DNA of 50,214 nucleotides from Girardia tigrina (Eukaryota): NCBI GenBank assembly GCA_001938485.1, contig MQRK01236650.1, positions 1 to 50,214 of the forward strand, read 5' to 3'. Shown piece by piece: positions 26,140 to 38,039 of this stretch (position 1 is its first letter; each line of letters starts with the position of its first letter). The notes under the pieces were generated by a model. It saw only the letters and a program-made list of their open reading frames with translations, ran no database searches and was not told where the DNA came from. The position numbers and the translations under genes were made by a program.

Positions 26140-26330
26140 TTTAATTTTACCATTTATCCTCAGTTTCTTTAGGCATATCCAAAGCACCTGTATTGGTATT
26201 TTATCTAAAGCTTTCTCCAAGTCTAAGAAAATTGCATATAAATCTTGGTTTCCATACCTTGCTTCTTCTTGAGACTTCCAAATAACACATATTGCGTGTT
26301 GCGTTCCCTACCACTATTCGTAATTTTTTT
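26140..26330 (-). pseudogene. Non-LTR retrotransposon RT fragment (RTE/L2/CR1-like)
   Basis: LYAIFLDLEKALDKIPIQVLWICLKKLRINGK matches the FLDLxKAFD motif. A possible CxxC...HFLESC C-terminal finger lies at ~26570-26640 on the same strand. Confidence 0.75.
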
Positions 26331-26880
26331 CTTCAATTATCAGGATATATGTATTTACCAGTGCCATTATCATTCCTTCAACTTTAAGCAAGAATATCCC
26401 TTGGTAATTGTACTGATATTGAGTTAACAAAAATCTTCGTTCAAGCTACTAAGTCTTAAGGTCAACATTAAAAAGACCAAAATAATGAATGTAAAGGATG
26501 ATGCAAAAAAAAATTAAACGGCAAATAATTTCTTGAGCACTTTCCTTTGAATATTATGACAACTTTTGCTTTTTTACAACTTTCCAAGAAGTGTGCTCTT
26601 CCATCCCAATTTTTTTAAAGCATTCTGACAGTTTGAAAACAAGATTATGGCATCTCCATTTGAATAAATCAGTAATTATTTTATTCGTTCATGCAGCTCT
26701 TCCGTTCTTTAGCTGTGCAATTTAGATTTCACTTCATCTTTCGTGCAACACTGCTCCTATCAAAGTATTCCGTTTTGATTGTTCGATAAGGTTTTCGGTG
26801 TCAACTGAAACATGTTAGGCGATATGTGAGCTTTATTCTGAAATAAAGAGCGCCTCTTCTACTACCTGCCGACATGCATT

Positions 26881-27118
26881 AAGAACCTAAGGAGTTTTTT
26901 TGAAACTCCTAACTCAATTATTACAATAGGTTTATTAATGGTGTCGTGAAGAAAACAAAGTTGTTAGACGGAAGTTGCGGCTTGAATAAAGAAAAACTAA
27001 TTTAGACAGACGCGTGTAATAAAGCCTTTCAGGACATGAAGAAATCATTGATGACGGTACCAATACTGAAATTTCCAGTCTTCCCGAAGACAGTTCATCC
27101 TAGATACATACGCAAGCT
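26881..27118 (+). pseudogene. Ty3/gypsy RT thumb/connection to RNase H start fragment
   Basis: KNLRSF...NYYNRFI...TDACNKAFQDMKKSLMTVPILKFP...QFILDTYAS, with frameshifts. Confidence 0.85.
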
Positions 27119-27650
27119 AGTTCCATCACATGCATTGTCGTTAGGTGAAATGACTTCCTCGGAATTTAATTCAAAAAAATTGTTTAAAAATAACCTTAAT
27201 TTTTTGGTCTTAAATAAAAGTTTTAAAACTGTTAACTTCGAAATTTTTAATTACGATTTAATTAATAATTTAAAATTTCGATACTCTAATAATTCACTTT
27301 AAAACTCCATTAAAAACAGTGCAATGTCCCCAGAGGAAATTGTTACAACAACGAAAAATTGATTGAGAAAATATCATCAAAAATATAATTCAAAATTACA
27401 TGTACAAATATCGTAACTCTAACAATATCATGTAATGCAATAATAAATAGAAATACTTAAAAATGATGGGCATATATTTTTTGTAAAATAAATAATAATT
27501 TACCTTTTATTATTTTATTTTCATTCAGAATTTCGAGGCTCATTTTATTCATCTGTTCTTTTAAATCTAAAGTATAAAATTATTTATAATATCATCGAAA
27601 ACAAATTTATTATATGAATATATAAGTTTATTAATTGTGACTTTTAAATA

Positions 27651-27739
27651 AACTAGTCAATCCAAAAATTAAATTTTTTATACCAATTCTTTATGCAGAT
27701 AGAACTCTACTTTGCCAACAAAATTTTTAAAATTTAAAA
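27651..27739 (+). repeat. ~90 bp dispersed repeat, second copy at ~30938-31029
   Basis: Shared AGAACTCTACTTTGCCAACAAA core and flanks. This copy ends just before the carrier fragment begins. Confidence 0.8.
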
Positions 27740-27744
27740 TTCGC

Positions 27745-27924
27745 ACCTTTCCGATCGACACAAGAAAAGTGCGTCTCCAAATTCAAGGAGAAATACAAAA
27801 TAATACGAATAAACAATTTTCTGTTAAACATGAAGAAGTGCTTGTCCTTTATCACGGTCTGAGTGCTGGGGTGATTCGTCAGGCATCTTATGGCACTATA
27901 AAAATGGGTTTATATGATACTATG
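27745..27924 (+). pseudogene. Mitochondrial carrier (SLC25; UCP/KMCP1-like) first-repeat fragment
   Basis: TFPIDTRKVRLQIQGE carries the PxDxxKxR signature, followed by LYHGLSAGVIRQASYGTIKMGLYD. No start codon, an apparent internal deletion, and no further repeats. Confidence 0.85.
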
Positions 27925-28269
27925 GAAACAAATCGAATATTTAAGATGACGAGCGAATCACAGCGATTTGAATTCATTAAATTTGGATGGATGGCGACTG
28001 CCGATTGTCGTGGATTGAGAATAGAATCCAACATTCTTTGAGGGTGAAGATCGATGAGTTAAAATATGTTTTTAAAGGTGATATATGCATGAAAAATTGA
28101 GACATTTTCTCAACGTGGTGTATTGTCGGCATTTATGTGTGTTCCACAACAATGACAGTCAACTGATTCTGTCGACATAGAGTCCTGGTCACTACAGCGG
28201 AAATGGCATGCTGAGTTGTACGCTGAATTCGGTCAAATTAAAACGTGAAATTCAAATTTTTTTATTTTT

Positions 28270-28329
28270 CCCTTAGACCTGACGCTCGCTCCCCATCACC
28301 GGCGTGCTGCACCCGCTCTTGCATCACCA
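28270..28329 (-). mobile_element. GC-rich element terminus homologous to 3393-3470
   Basis: Reverse complement TGGTGATGCAAGAGCGGGTGCAGC vs TGATGGTGCAGGAGCGGGCGCAGC (20/24, all transitions). Similarity continues after a ~17 bp indel. Confidence 0.75.
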
Positions 28330-28334
28330 TTTAT

Positions 28335-28377
<43 letters not shown>

Positions 28378-29425
28378 CATATATATAAATATTTCATATA
28401 TAAATTGAAATAACTGATAAAATAATTTGGTTACTTTACCGAAGTAGGATTGAAGTCGTCAAAAAGCAATACATATATAATAAATATTAAATTAAATAAT
28501 CAAATTATAAATAAATAAAGAACATACAACATAATATTAGCGTGTGATGTGAAACGCTCTGTTTCAAACAATCAAAATATTTTATAATAATTATATATAG
28601 AATAGGATCGGTTAAGGTATGAAAATTCATATTTTACTTGATGGTTACAAATTGATAAATTAAAGTTCTATTTTTAAAGAGATAAATTAAATTAAAATGG
28701 CAACAACAAAATAAAATATGATTAATGAATTAATCTTCATGGAAGATGTAAAGATAAACTAAAAAGAATCCAAAAGCCGATCAAAATAAAACCGTTCAGA
28801 AGAATGTAGAACTAACAATAAAGAAGAATTTAAGAACAATTACAATTTAAATGTCACCAAAAGAAATTACAATTTATAATTATTTGTATCTGTAATGAAT
28901 TTGAAAGTTTTAAACTATATAATATAATTTTATAACGAGCACCAGCACAACATATCACAATCAAATTTAAATTAGGTTACTAATTTATTATTTTATTTTT
29001 TAATAACCAATAAACATTAATGTGAGACTAAAGAGATTCATTTTGACATGAATCTCTGGGGTCATAAGTCATGACGGCCCTAGGACACTAACCTTCAGGG
29101 AGGAGAGTGCCTAGCAGGACGGATTTGAGCAGTATTCTGATATGATAATAAGTGAAAATATTAGATGGAAATAATATAAAATGAGGTAAAATAAGTGAAT
29201 TAAATTAAATATTAAATGAACAGCTTTCAGAAGGTTCTGTCTTTGTACTGAGATCGGATTTGAGCGAACTGATGTGAAAAAAATATTAGATCTGAAGATT
29301 CGATCTGTTCTTTATGAAATCATTAACGAAATTGCGAGAGCAAATTATCTTCAGATGTATATACTTCATACTTTCGATAAAAAAGTTTTCCATAAAAGTT
29401 TTGTAAAAAAAGTTAGAGTTTGTGG

Positions 29426-29876
29426 TTAGGGTTGCACAAAAAAATACTTGAACATTTCTACATTAAAATATTTATAATAAATTACCGTTTTGTTTTCCAA
29501 TTATTTCTAATAAAACTAAAATATCATCCAATAACACAAATAATAATATTTTTATATTGATCATACCTTTAGTCGTTATATTTGAAGGAGGACATTCTGC
29601 AAACATATAAAATTAGTATTTAATGCAAAAAAGACTCACGAGAACAGGCACTCATAAAATTGCCACAATCTATGTCATCTAAAAATTTTATTTTAAAAAA
29701 TGGCTTTTTAATTTATAAAAATTAAATATACCTTTTTTCACACAAATTGTAGAAAAATCTGCGCATGTTGAATCAGAATTTCGAAATGGAAGTGTTTTGG
29801 AACAAGAACCGAAAGGATCTTCGGACAAGGAGGGGCGGATGAGAAGAACAAAATAACTCAGAATTAGTAACTTCAT
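29426..29876 (-). CDS. Small secreted cysteine-rich protein (91 aa), 5 exons including three symmetric micro-exons
   Basis: Exons 29876-29732, 29678-29640 (39 nt), 29596-29567 (30 nt), 29515-29486 (30 nt) and 29457-29426. GT-AG introns of 53, 43, 51 and 28 nt, all phase 1. Product MKLLILSYFVLLIRPSLSEDPFGSCSKTLPFRNSDSTCADFSTICVKKDDIDCGNFMSACSQCPPSNITTKVLLEIIGKQNEMFKYFFVQP has a signal peptide and 6 Cys. Confidence 0.75.
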
Positions 29877-30339
29877 AAATATTGTGTTTAATGAGACTGA
29901 AGTAGTTGATCTTTATACGTTTTTTTACATGTGACTTTTATACTTAATCTATCATTTAAAAAAAAGGCTTTAAGAGTAGTGACCAACTCAAGTTCGTCAT
30001 CAGATATTAATAGAATAATTTAAATTTATCGATTTTTAAATTATATTTTTAGTTTGATTTACGGATGACTTATAATAATTTTTCTGTATTTTGTTTTTAA
30101 TATTTTGACAGATGCAAGATAATAACTTTTAAAACATTGAAGTGCAATATAAGAATATTTTTGAGCAGTATTCCGGTGTAATACTTAGTAAAAATATCAG
30201 ATGGAAATAATATCTGTGTATTTGAAGTAAACTTCAGGCCTTTAACTCAAATGGTGCACCAAATAAATCCTAAGGCTTGAAAAAAAATTAGCAACGGATT
30301 TTATCTTAATTTACAACCATAAATTAACAATAGGTCGAG

Positions 30340-30580
30340 CTTTATTCCCCATGTAAACTCTAACAAATTCAATTTTACCATCATGGCACTACATCCAAAA
30401 CGGTCTTTTGATAGAAGGTTCTTTGATACCAAGTCATCGAATCCGTGAAATGCAACTGCAAATCACCAGCTCAATAAAAAATGTTTTCACATTTTTCTTC
30501 AGTTGTCGAAAGAGGCTAAAATAACTAGGGTCGAGATCTAGACTGTATGGTAATCCAGGAACCCGTAACGATCATCATTG
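30340..30580 (-). pseudogene. Mariner transposase C-terminal remnant
   Basis: LPYSLDLDPSYFSLFRQLKK resembles PYSPDLAPSDFxLFxxLK. Confidence 0.6.
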
Positions 30581-31479
30581 TTTGATTTTTAGTGAGGGGG
30601 TGCGGAGACACTGGCTTCCGGGAGCCGGGCTTGCTCACCGAGACCAAATACTCTTTAAACGTCTTCAAATGCGCTATCGAGTAGAAGATTATTATTCAAT
30701 AGAAGATTTTTCTACTACATTATGACAATTTTCTGAAAAATATTCACTATCAAAACAAATCAAAAAAAAATTCGCTGTCGTAACAAAACTGTTTAATAAA
30801 AATCAATAAAAAGTGATCGAATTCACAAATAAATTTTCACTCTCATTATGATAGAGTAATAATAATCAAATCGACCGAATATTAAAAACACATATGTGTT
30901 TTTCTTGTCCACTCAACGGTGGTAGTAATTCATAATAAACTAGTAAATCAACAAAAAATTAAAATTTTTCTATCCATTCTTTTTGGAGACAGAACTCTAC
31001 TTTGCCAACAAAGTTCTTAAAATTTAAAAAATTTTAATTAAAAAACACATTAAAAATCAATTTAAACTACTTATAATTTATAAATAATATCTTGAAATTG
31101 ATATTGTTCGGGAACTGAGATTTTCCGTTTTTTCCCATTTTGGGATCTTAAAAAGTTTTTTTCGATCAAATTTTCACATAATCATTTATTGTCATCGAGA
31201 ATGAGTAACTCTGCAAAGTTTGAAGAAAATCGGTTCAGTGAAAGACCTTCAAAAACACGTTTCTAAATTCCATGGATACACACATATATACATATATATA
31301 TATATATATATACCTATTTAAGTAAGTTAATAAAATGGATAAAAGAATGACTGTTAAAAGGATGAATCGTAGAATATGGGGCTGTTTTGAAAATTTTAAA
31401 ACATTTTGTGATCATTTCCTAAGCAAGATTTCAACAATTGTGGAATCAACACGTAAATCAAAAGAAATGGAATTTCCAA

Positions 31480-31845
31480 AAGAGCAGCAGAAAAAATATG
31501 TTAGATCAAGAACATGGTTTTATAAAGAAACAATGCTAAGAGTATTTTTGGACAGAGAGGGTGTAATAAAATTAGATTTTTTTGAAAAAGGTTGCACTAT
31601 CAATACAGCAAACTACACCAACCTTGTAAAAGTTGCGAGAAAGAGCATACTCAAAGCTTTAAACCTGTCTTTATAACTATATATTGCAAGACAATGTGCC
31701 CCAAAGAGCAAACGTCCAAAAACAGACAATTGTGGAACTATAATATCTTTAATGAATCATCTACTTTTCGACCAAGACATTAACCTAGTGATTTCATCTT
31801 GTTCCGGTATCTTAAGAAGCATTTCAGAGACTTCAAGTTTGTGTA
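31480..31845 (+). pseudogene. Mariner transposase catalytic-domain remnant
   Basis: KETMLRVFLDREGVIKLDFFEKGCTINTANY and downstream PSDFILFRYLKKHF. Confidence 0.8.
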
Positions 31846-32638
31846 TCAATAGCTATCGATGTGTTTCGTAGGACAAATTTTGAGCTATATTTTTTTAGAT
31901 TTTGACGCGCTTTAGGAGACGAAAATTCAAACAAACACGCTTTTTTTTAAAACTAACACTTTCCTCAAACACGCAAATACATATCAAAATTATAATCAAC
32001 AATCTAAAGCTCATTCTCAGTTAAACAAAAGTTTTGAAAGACTTTATAGATTATCTTAACTTATTAACTTTAATTGGTTTAGTTCTGATTATATCAGGCG
32101 GTCTTTTTTGATAAATGGATGAGAATTTGCGCAAAGTGGAAGTCTGTTCACTGAGAATCCGTTGAATTGATCGTGTAAATGGCTCGGCCATCAGAGTTAC
32201 CGTTAGTCTCAGAGCCCATTGTTAACTGAAGTCGAGCAATCGATCTGCAACAGTTCATCGTATTTACTTGACCAATTCGTCCTTAAAATCCTTAAAGATT
32301 TTTCAACCATCAAAATTGGATAAAATTGAGATGATCTTTGTGATTTTACTTCAGTGAATCAACGGATTTCGAGTTTGAAATTATTTTTCTGATGAATTAA
32401 ATTTTTATTAGATTATTAGAATGTTTTTAAGTCTTTTACATTTGTATATTTTTGTATTCAAAAAAGCGATGATTTGATGTTTTCGAATTGTATTTTATTT
32501 CGAATCTGATTCTAAAGATTAAAAAATTTTTAAAAATAATAAAATAAAAAATATTTATATTTAAAATTATATTATTTTAAAAAAGAAATTAAATTAAAAA
32601 TTAGCGTTGTTTAAAAAGAATAATATTTATTAATTAGA

Positions 32639-34152
32639 TTAATATTTATTCGCAAAATATAAAGGAATATTTGATGTTCACTTAAAGTCTGATACAAATC
32701 TTCATTTTTCATTCCTTATATAAACTTCAGATGGTTTTTGGTCTTCGGTATGCAATTTCTGTGCATTTTCACTCATCAACAAAGATGTTTCCTTTGGTTC
32801 TGAATAATTAAAATAAAATAAAGCGTCAATTTATTTATATTTTAACTATGTGAGATTAATAAAAATAAATAAATATATAATAAAAAATTAAATTAAAAGA
32901 AGTAAAAAATGAAATAATTTTGTTAAATTTATGAGTTTATTTACCATTTTATATTTTAGCATTCATCAAATGAAAAAATTAAATAATTTAATTAATTTAT
33001 ATCTTTACTTTAATATTGCATTAATTAAAATAGTTCTTATAACTTAATTTGCAATGTATTTATATATTTGTCTTATACAATTTGTTCATTTGATTTATCT
33101 CCATTCTGTATCAGAAGGGACATAATGCCACTGATATTAGCAAGCGTTTATAGAGTTTGTATCAAGACTCAGAATGTACTCTATCAGGTTCGAAATAAAG
33201 TCCTAAAATAAAATAAATATAATTAATTGGATGTTTAAAACATTATCTACATTTGTTTTGCTTTTTGTGTTTTAAAAATGGCTCTTTATGGAATTTGCTT
33301 TCGCATGGATTTTGCAAATGGAGTATCCACATCAACGCTGCGTATTACACCAAAAACGTGATTTGAAGGTTGGAGTGAAGGATTTCTAGGCTACATACCC
33401 TAAAGGAAGTTTTCAAAAAGGCGTTTTATGTGTTGATTATTGGTTAACGGAAGTATGTGGAGCGAAATAGACATTACGTTAAAAAGATGCGCACACACAT
33501 TAAGCTTGTTGTGTTATAAAAATGGTTATTTTGAAATTATCTTTCTTTATCAAGCCGGTTATTTAGTGAATGCATGACTTACCGTTCCTGAACTACTAGC
33601 TCAAAATGATTCTTGCAAAATAATAAACAGTATTTCTTCGTATATCATGTCGTTAGAGATGTTAATCAACTATTCTTCTGACGTAGTCAACACAGAAGGA
33701 ATTACCATTTCAAAAAAGGATCAATCTCTCAAATACAGATTTAACTACAGTCTTATCAAGACATATTCGTCAAATAAGGTGTATAATCTTAAAAGATACT
33801 GAATGATTAATTTCTTTGTCAGATAGAGTACTTATTGAACGTACCACACAAACGCATTTTTTTTAGATTTGTAATCCCGATTATTTGTGTTTTATTTTTA
33901 CGAGGAATTGATGGTTAAGAATGATTTTATGAAAATTAATCATATTTTACTGTAGAAAAGTACGATGCAAACTCAGATCATTCCATTTATGTAAAATAAT
34001 AAAGAGTAAAGAAATAATATAAATTTATTTTATCAAGTTTGAAACTCAAAAAATACCAAATAAAATACTGAGCTGCAAACATTACGAATTTTGTTTACAA
34101 AACTAAATGACCCTAATCATTGTTTGAATGTCGTTGAAACTATAAAAAAGTT
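32639..34152 (+). repeat. Copy 1 of a ~1.3-1.5 kb diverged duplication; copy 2 at ~39062-40358
   Basis: Colinear similarity throughout. Copy 1 has an extra ~230 bp AT-rich stretch where copy 2 has (TA)n. Confidence 0.93.
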
Positions 34153-34297
34153 TACAAAAAATGACATCAATAAATCAACTTTGACCGAGTAAAATATTTT
34201 AGCAATATAGTTGGACTATCCTAAAAAAATCTTACTGGCATTAACTGTCGACCATTAAAAAATAAAAGAAGACAGAAAAGTAATGTAACTCATGTAT

Positions 34298-34480
34298 TGT
34301 AAGGTATATTTTTAATGTTTGATGTTTTGTGTTTGAATGTGTATGTTGATTTGGAATCGTGTCTCTCCTACCCAGATGGATGATTAATATTTTAATTCTT
34401 ATTATCTGAAAATATGTAATGTTTAAATTTATTTCTAATTTAAAATAATTGTAAAATTTTAAATAAGTTAATTAATTTTA
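34298..34480 (+). mobile_element. Ty3/gypsy LTR-like repeat (family A), 5' part
   Basis: TGTAAGG start and core GTGTCTCTCCTACCCAGATGG. Confidence 0.65.
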
Positions 34481-35089
34481 TTTACAATTATTAATAATTA
34501 AACCGAATTAATATTTTTTAAATAATATTTTAACAAATTTAAGAAGGCGCTTTAGGGACAATATGTATACAAACAAGCAAATAGAACACAAAATTAGGGT
34601 AACATTAGATAAATTATGTACAGATGCACGAGTTAAAAAACAATTAAAAGAAGAAAATACTGAAGAATACAAACAAATCATTGAAATTCCATAAACATCG
34701 AAACATGTTTCAAAACATTTCGTAAATATCGAAACATGTCCAATAATTATATAAAAAAAGCTTTAATCAAATTATATTTTCGAAATACTAAACTTGCGTT
34801 CACAAGACTCAATATTAATTTATTATTTGTATTTTTAGAACATTTCTTATGTGACACTTTTCTTGAGTTTTTTAATTTTATTGATAAAAATTATAATTAT
34901 AATACAAATTTTTTATTTGCGTAAAGTGATGATGTTTTAGATGCTACTAACACGTGAAGTCAAGTCTAACTAATCATTGCTGTTTTGATACGTCAAATCG
35001 AACTTTGGGTCATCACATGAAAATATTCTGTAAACAGATATTTATTGTATGTCTCTACGTTTTTTAAAGGAGCGTTCTCTCTAACAATA

Positions 35090-36514
35090 ATGGAACAATA
35101 TATACAATATCGGATAGTGATTTGTATTCGGATCATCGGTTATATTTTGAAATGTGTATCAATTGTACTTTTACTCTACAATAAGTTGCCGGTGTATCAG
35201 GAACTAGATTACATTGGTAACATAGTAGACATCTTCCAAATTTCATTGTTTTCCGTGTCAATAATTGCCATGGCGGCTCATATATGGAGGTTCTTTCGAA
35301 GAGAAAACAATAATATATTTCAAAAAATGCAAAATTTACCCTTCTTTTTTTCAAATTATATTTTAGGAATCACTTCATTTATCATCGAGGTCAAAGTATT
35401 GCCAGATATGAATTTAGAAAACGTAAACTACAAATTAATCAAAATGGTCTTTTTAATTTATTTATTTATAATATTATTTGTGTTCATCCCCATTTTCCTG
35501 AAGTGGAACCCGGATCCAGACGATCGAGCGAACAACATTTCGGCAATTTTTTCCGGTAATTTTGTTTCTCTCAGTTGTTGGTTCCCTTCTGCCGAATGTA
35601 TTTATATTCCTAAAGATAATAAAGATCATGATCAAATTACGAAATTGAGGATTATTCCGTCAACGTTCTTTCTTATTTCAGGGATCTTGATTTATTTTTC
35701 ACTTTTATCTAATGAAAAGGTATTATTTAAACGCCAATATCGATATCAAGAGTTGGATAATACGTGCGATAATCGTAATTCTCCTGAAATAGGAAGACCA
35801 AGCCAAGTAGGAACACGTCCTTTAAGGTTATTTTATATATCAAATGGGCTTTCCCTTTTAATGAGCCTTATTTTGATGGGAGTGCTAACTTGGTACACTA
35901 TTCCTGTCTTTCATGAAACTTGGACTTATGAATCATTTATAGGTTACAATATCTCATTATCATTTGTTTACATCCTTTGTATATTATTCTCTTCTTTATA
36001 TCTTTGGTACATCTGTCAGTGTAAAGTTGTAAAGAAATTAAAATCTAAAATTGATTCTCTTATTTTGAATATAACGACATTTATGCAGGTATTAAACGGA
36101 ATATTTGCAGTTTGTCTTTTAATCAGCCCCTTCTTAAGGGTTTCTAAATATTCAACAATTTATATAACCGATCAAATATATCCAATATTGTCGAATATTT
36201 TGCTTGTTTTTCAAGTTATTCTTCAAAGAATCGTAATTCTTGAAAGTCTTCAAAGAGATGTTAATCACCCATTATGTCCATCTGACAAAGGATTGATATT
36301 GTGGAAAAGATTTATAAATCCTTGTCTGATTTTATGTGTTTTAAATTTTGGATTAATTATTTGGAACATTTTATACTATATATTTCCTATGGACAGATGG
36401 AATATGAATGAAGAAAATCTTTGGTATCAAATTAAACCAATCGTTGTCCCGTTCTCAATTCTCAACAGATACCACGCATTCTCGATATTCCTTCAATATT
36501 CATTTACATGTTGA
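35090..36514 (+). CDS. Intronless multi-pass membrane protein (474 aa), divergent otopetrin-like proton channel
   Basis: Long intact ORF with about 11-12 hydrophobic segments. C-terminal LLVFQVILQRIVILESLQR, LCVLNFGLIIWN and W...PFSILNRYHAFSIF resemble the otopetrin QxxxQxxFI, NxxxW and PxxIFYRFHS motifs. Confidence 0.75.
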   Translation: MEQYIQYRIVICIRIIGYILKCVSIVLLLYNKLPVYQELDYIGNIVDIFQISLFSVSIIAMAAHIWRFFRRENNNIFQKMQNLPFFFSNYILGITSFIIEVKVLPDMNLENVNYKLIKMVFLIYLFIILFVFIPIFLKWNPDPDDRANNISAIFSGNFVSLSCWFPSAECIYIPKDNKDHDQITKLRIIPSTFFLISGILIYFSLLSNEKVLFKRQYRYQELDNTCDNRNSPEIGRPSQVGTRPLRLFYISNGLSLLMSLILMGVLTWYTIPVFHETWTYESFIGYNISLSFVYILCILFSSLYLWYICQCKVVKKLKSKIDSLILNITTFMQVLNGIFAVCLLISPFLRVSKYSTIYITDQIYPILSNILLVFQVILQRIVILESLQRDVNHPLCPSDKGLILWKRFINPCLILCVLNFGLIIWNILYYIFPMDRWNMNEENLWYQIKPIVVPFSILNRYHAFSIFLQYSFTC

Positions 36515-36639
36515 TTTGAGTTGTTTGGAGATCTGTCCAAAATTTTATTCAGTAAAATAAAATATGTATAATATTTTCTTCTTTACATCACAAAAGAATC
36601 AAGCGGATACTAATCTTAAAATAACCCTTGTAAATATAC

Positions 36640-37620
36640 AGATACTTCAGTAAGGGGATAAAATATGTTCCTCAACATATACCTGCAATGATTTTATGAC
36701 TGAAAACATACCAATCAGGAGGGGGGTTAGACAAGGATGCCCGCTATCAATGCAGTTGTTCAACGTTGGCATTGATCCAATTTTGGCTGCACTACAAAAT
36801 AATGATGCTTTTGGTAATGATAGCGAGGCTGGAATATGCAGATGATATTGCACTAGTCTCAACTAGTAACTCTTTTTAACAATCCATGGTTTCATCTGCA
36901 TGTGACATGGTTGAATGAACTTCTATGAGGTTCAGCTCAGTCAAAGGAGGATATTTATCAAATACCTTTTACGAATGAATCAATCCACATTAATAACACA
37001 CTAATACTCATAGTCACAGAGGAAGGGGGTTACCGTTATCTTGGAGGTAATTTTACCAGAAAGACAAAAGTCTCTCCTGAACGTCTATTTCTATCAGCTA
37101 TTAAAGACTTGAAAAAAATAACGAAATTAATATTATTTCCCTGGCAGAAAATAGAAGCGTATAGAATCTTTATACACTCACGATTCACCTTCTATTTTCG
37201 AAACTATAATATACCGAACAGGGAACTAACGGACTATGGCCAACACGAAACCACGAAATGAATCTATAAAAGCGGTCCTGACGTGGGAATTCGTCATCAC
37301 TTGAAGAATATTTGTGGAACGGTCCCGAATTCATCCAATGACTACATCTATGCTGACAAGAAACAAGGCGGTTTAGGCTTAGTCTCAGCCCGAGATGAGT
37401 ACGCAATACAATCTATAATTCAAGCGTATACGAACATGGTGTGCTCTTACGAAACATTGCACCATCAAATTATTCAACATTCTAGACAGATATCACCGTA
37501 ATAAAAAAGAATTGACACTCTCTGATTGCCTAAACTTGGTTAACACAGGTTAAAGAGAGAATGGATTTAAATCATGGTGGATTCGGAATTCAATCAAATA
37601 CTTGATAGGCTTTAGCTTAC
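36640..37620 (+). pseudogene. Non-LTR retrotransposon RT, NeSL/Utopia/R2-group-like, degenerate
   Basis: GVRQGCPLSMQLFNVGIDPIL, YADDIAL, YRYLG, LFPWQKIEAYRIF, YIYADKKQGGLGL. Confidence 0.9.
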
Positions 37621-38039
37621 AAATTCAATTTGTCACCAACGAGATAGGCATTTGCTTAAAAACATATATTACATAATTAATTACACAATCATCATTTTAA
37701 CATATATAAACCTAACAGCTAGAATCAGAACCGCGTGATAATGACGGATACTCCGTCGAAATACATTGCGTTAATAAAAAATTATTTTAAAATGACATTT
37801 TTAATTTTTATTACTAAATATTTAAATCTTTTGAAGAAGAGAAAAAGCCAAAAAAATTTTTAGTCAAAAAAATTTAAAGTCAATTTTTATATTTTAGGTT
37901 AATTATTTAGGTTTTTTATATTTATTTTTATTTGAGTACGGAAATGAAAAAAAGTTGTAAAAAATGAAAAATATTGAATTGAATTAAATAAAAATAGTCA
38001 ATTGATAGTCTGTCGATCTGCGCGAGGAAACCTCGAGAA

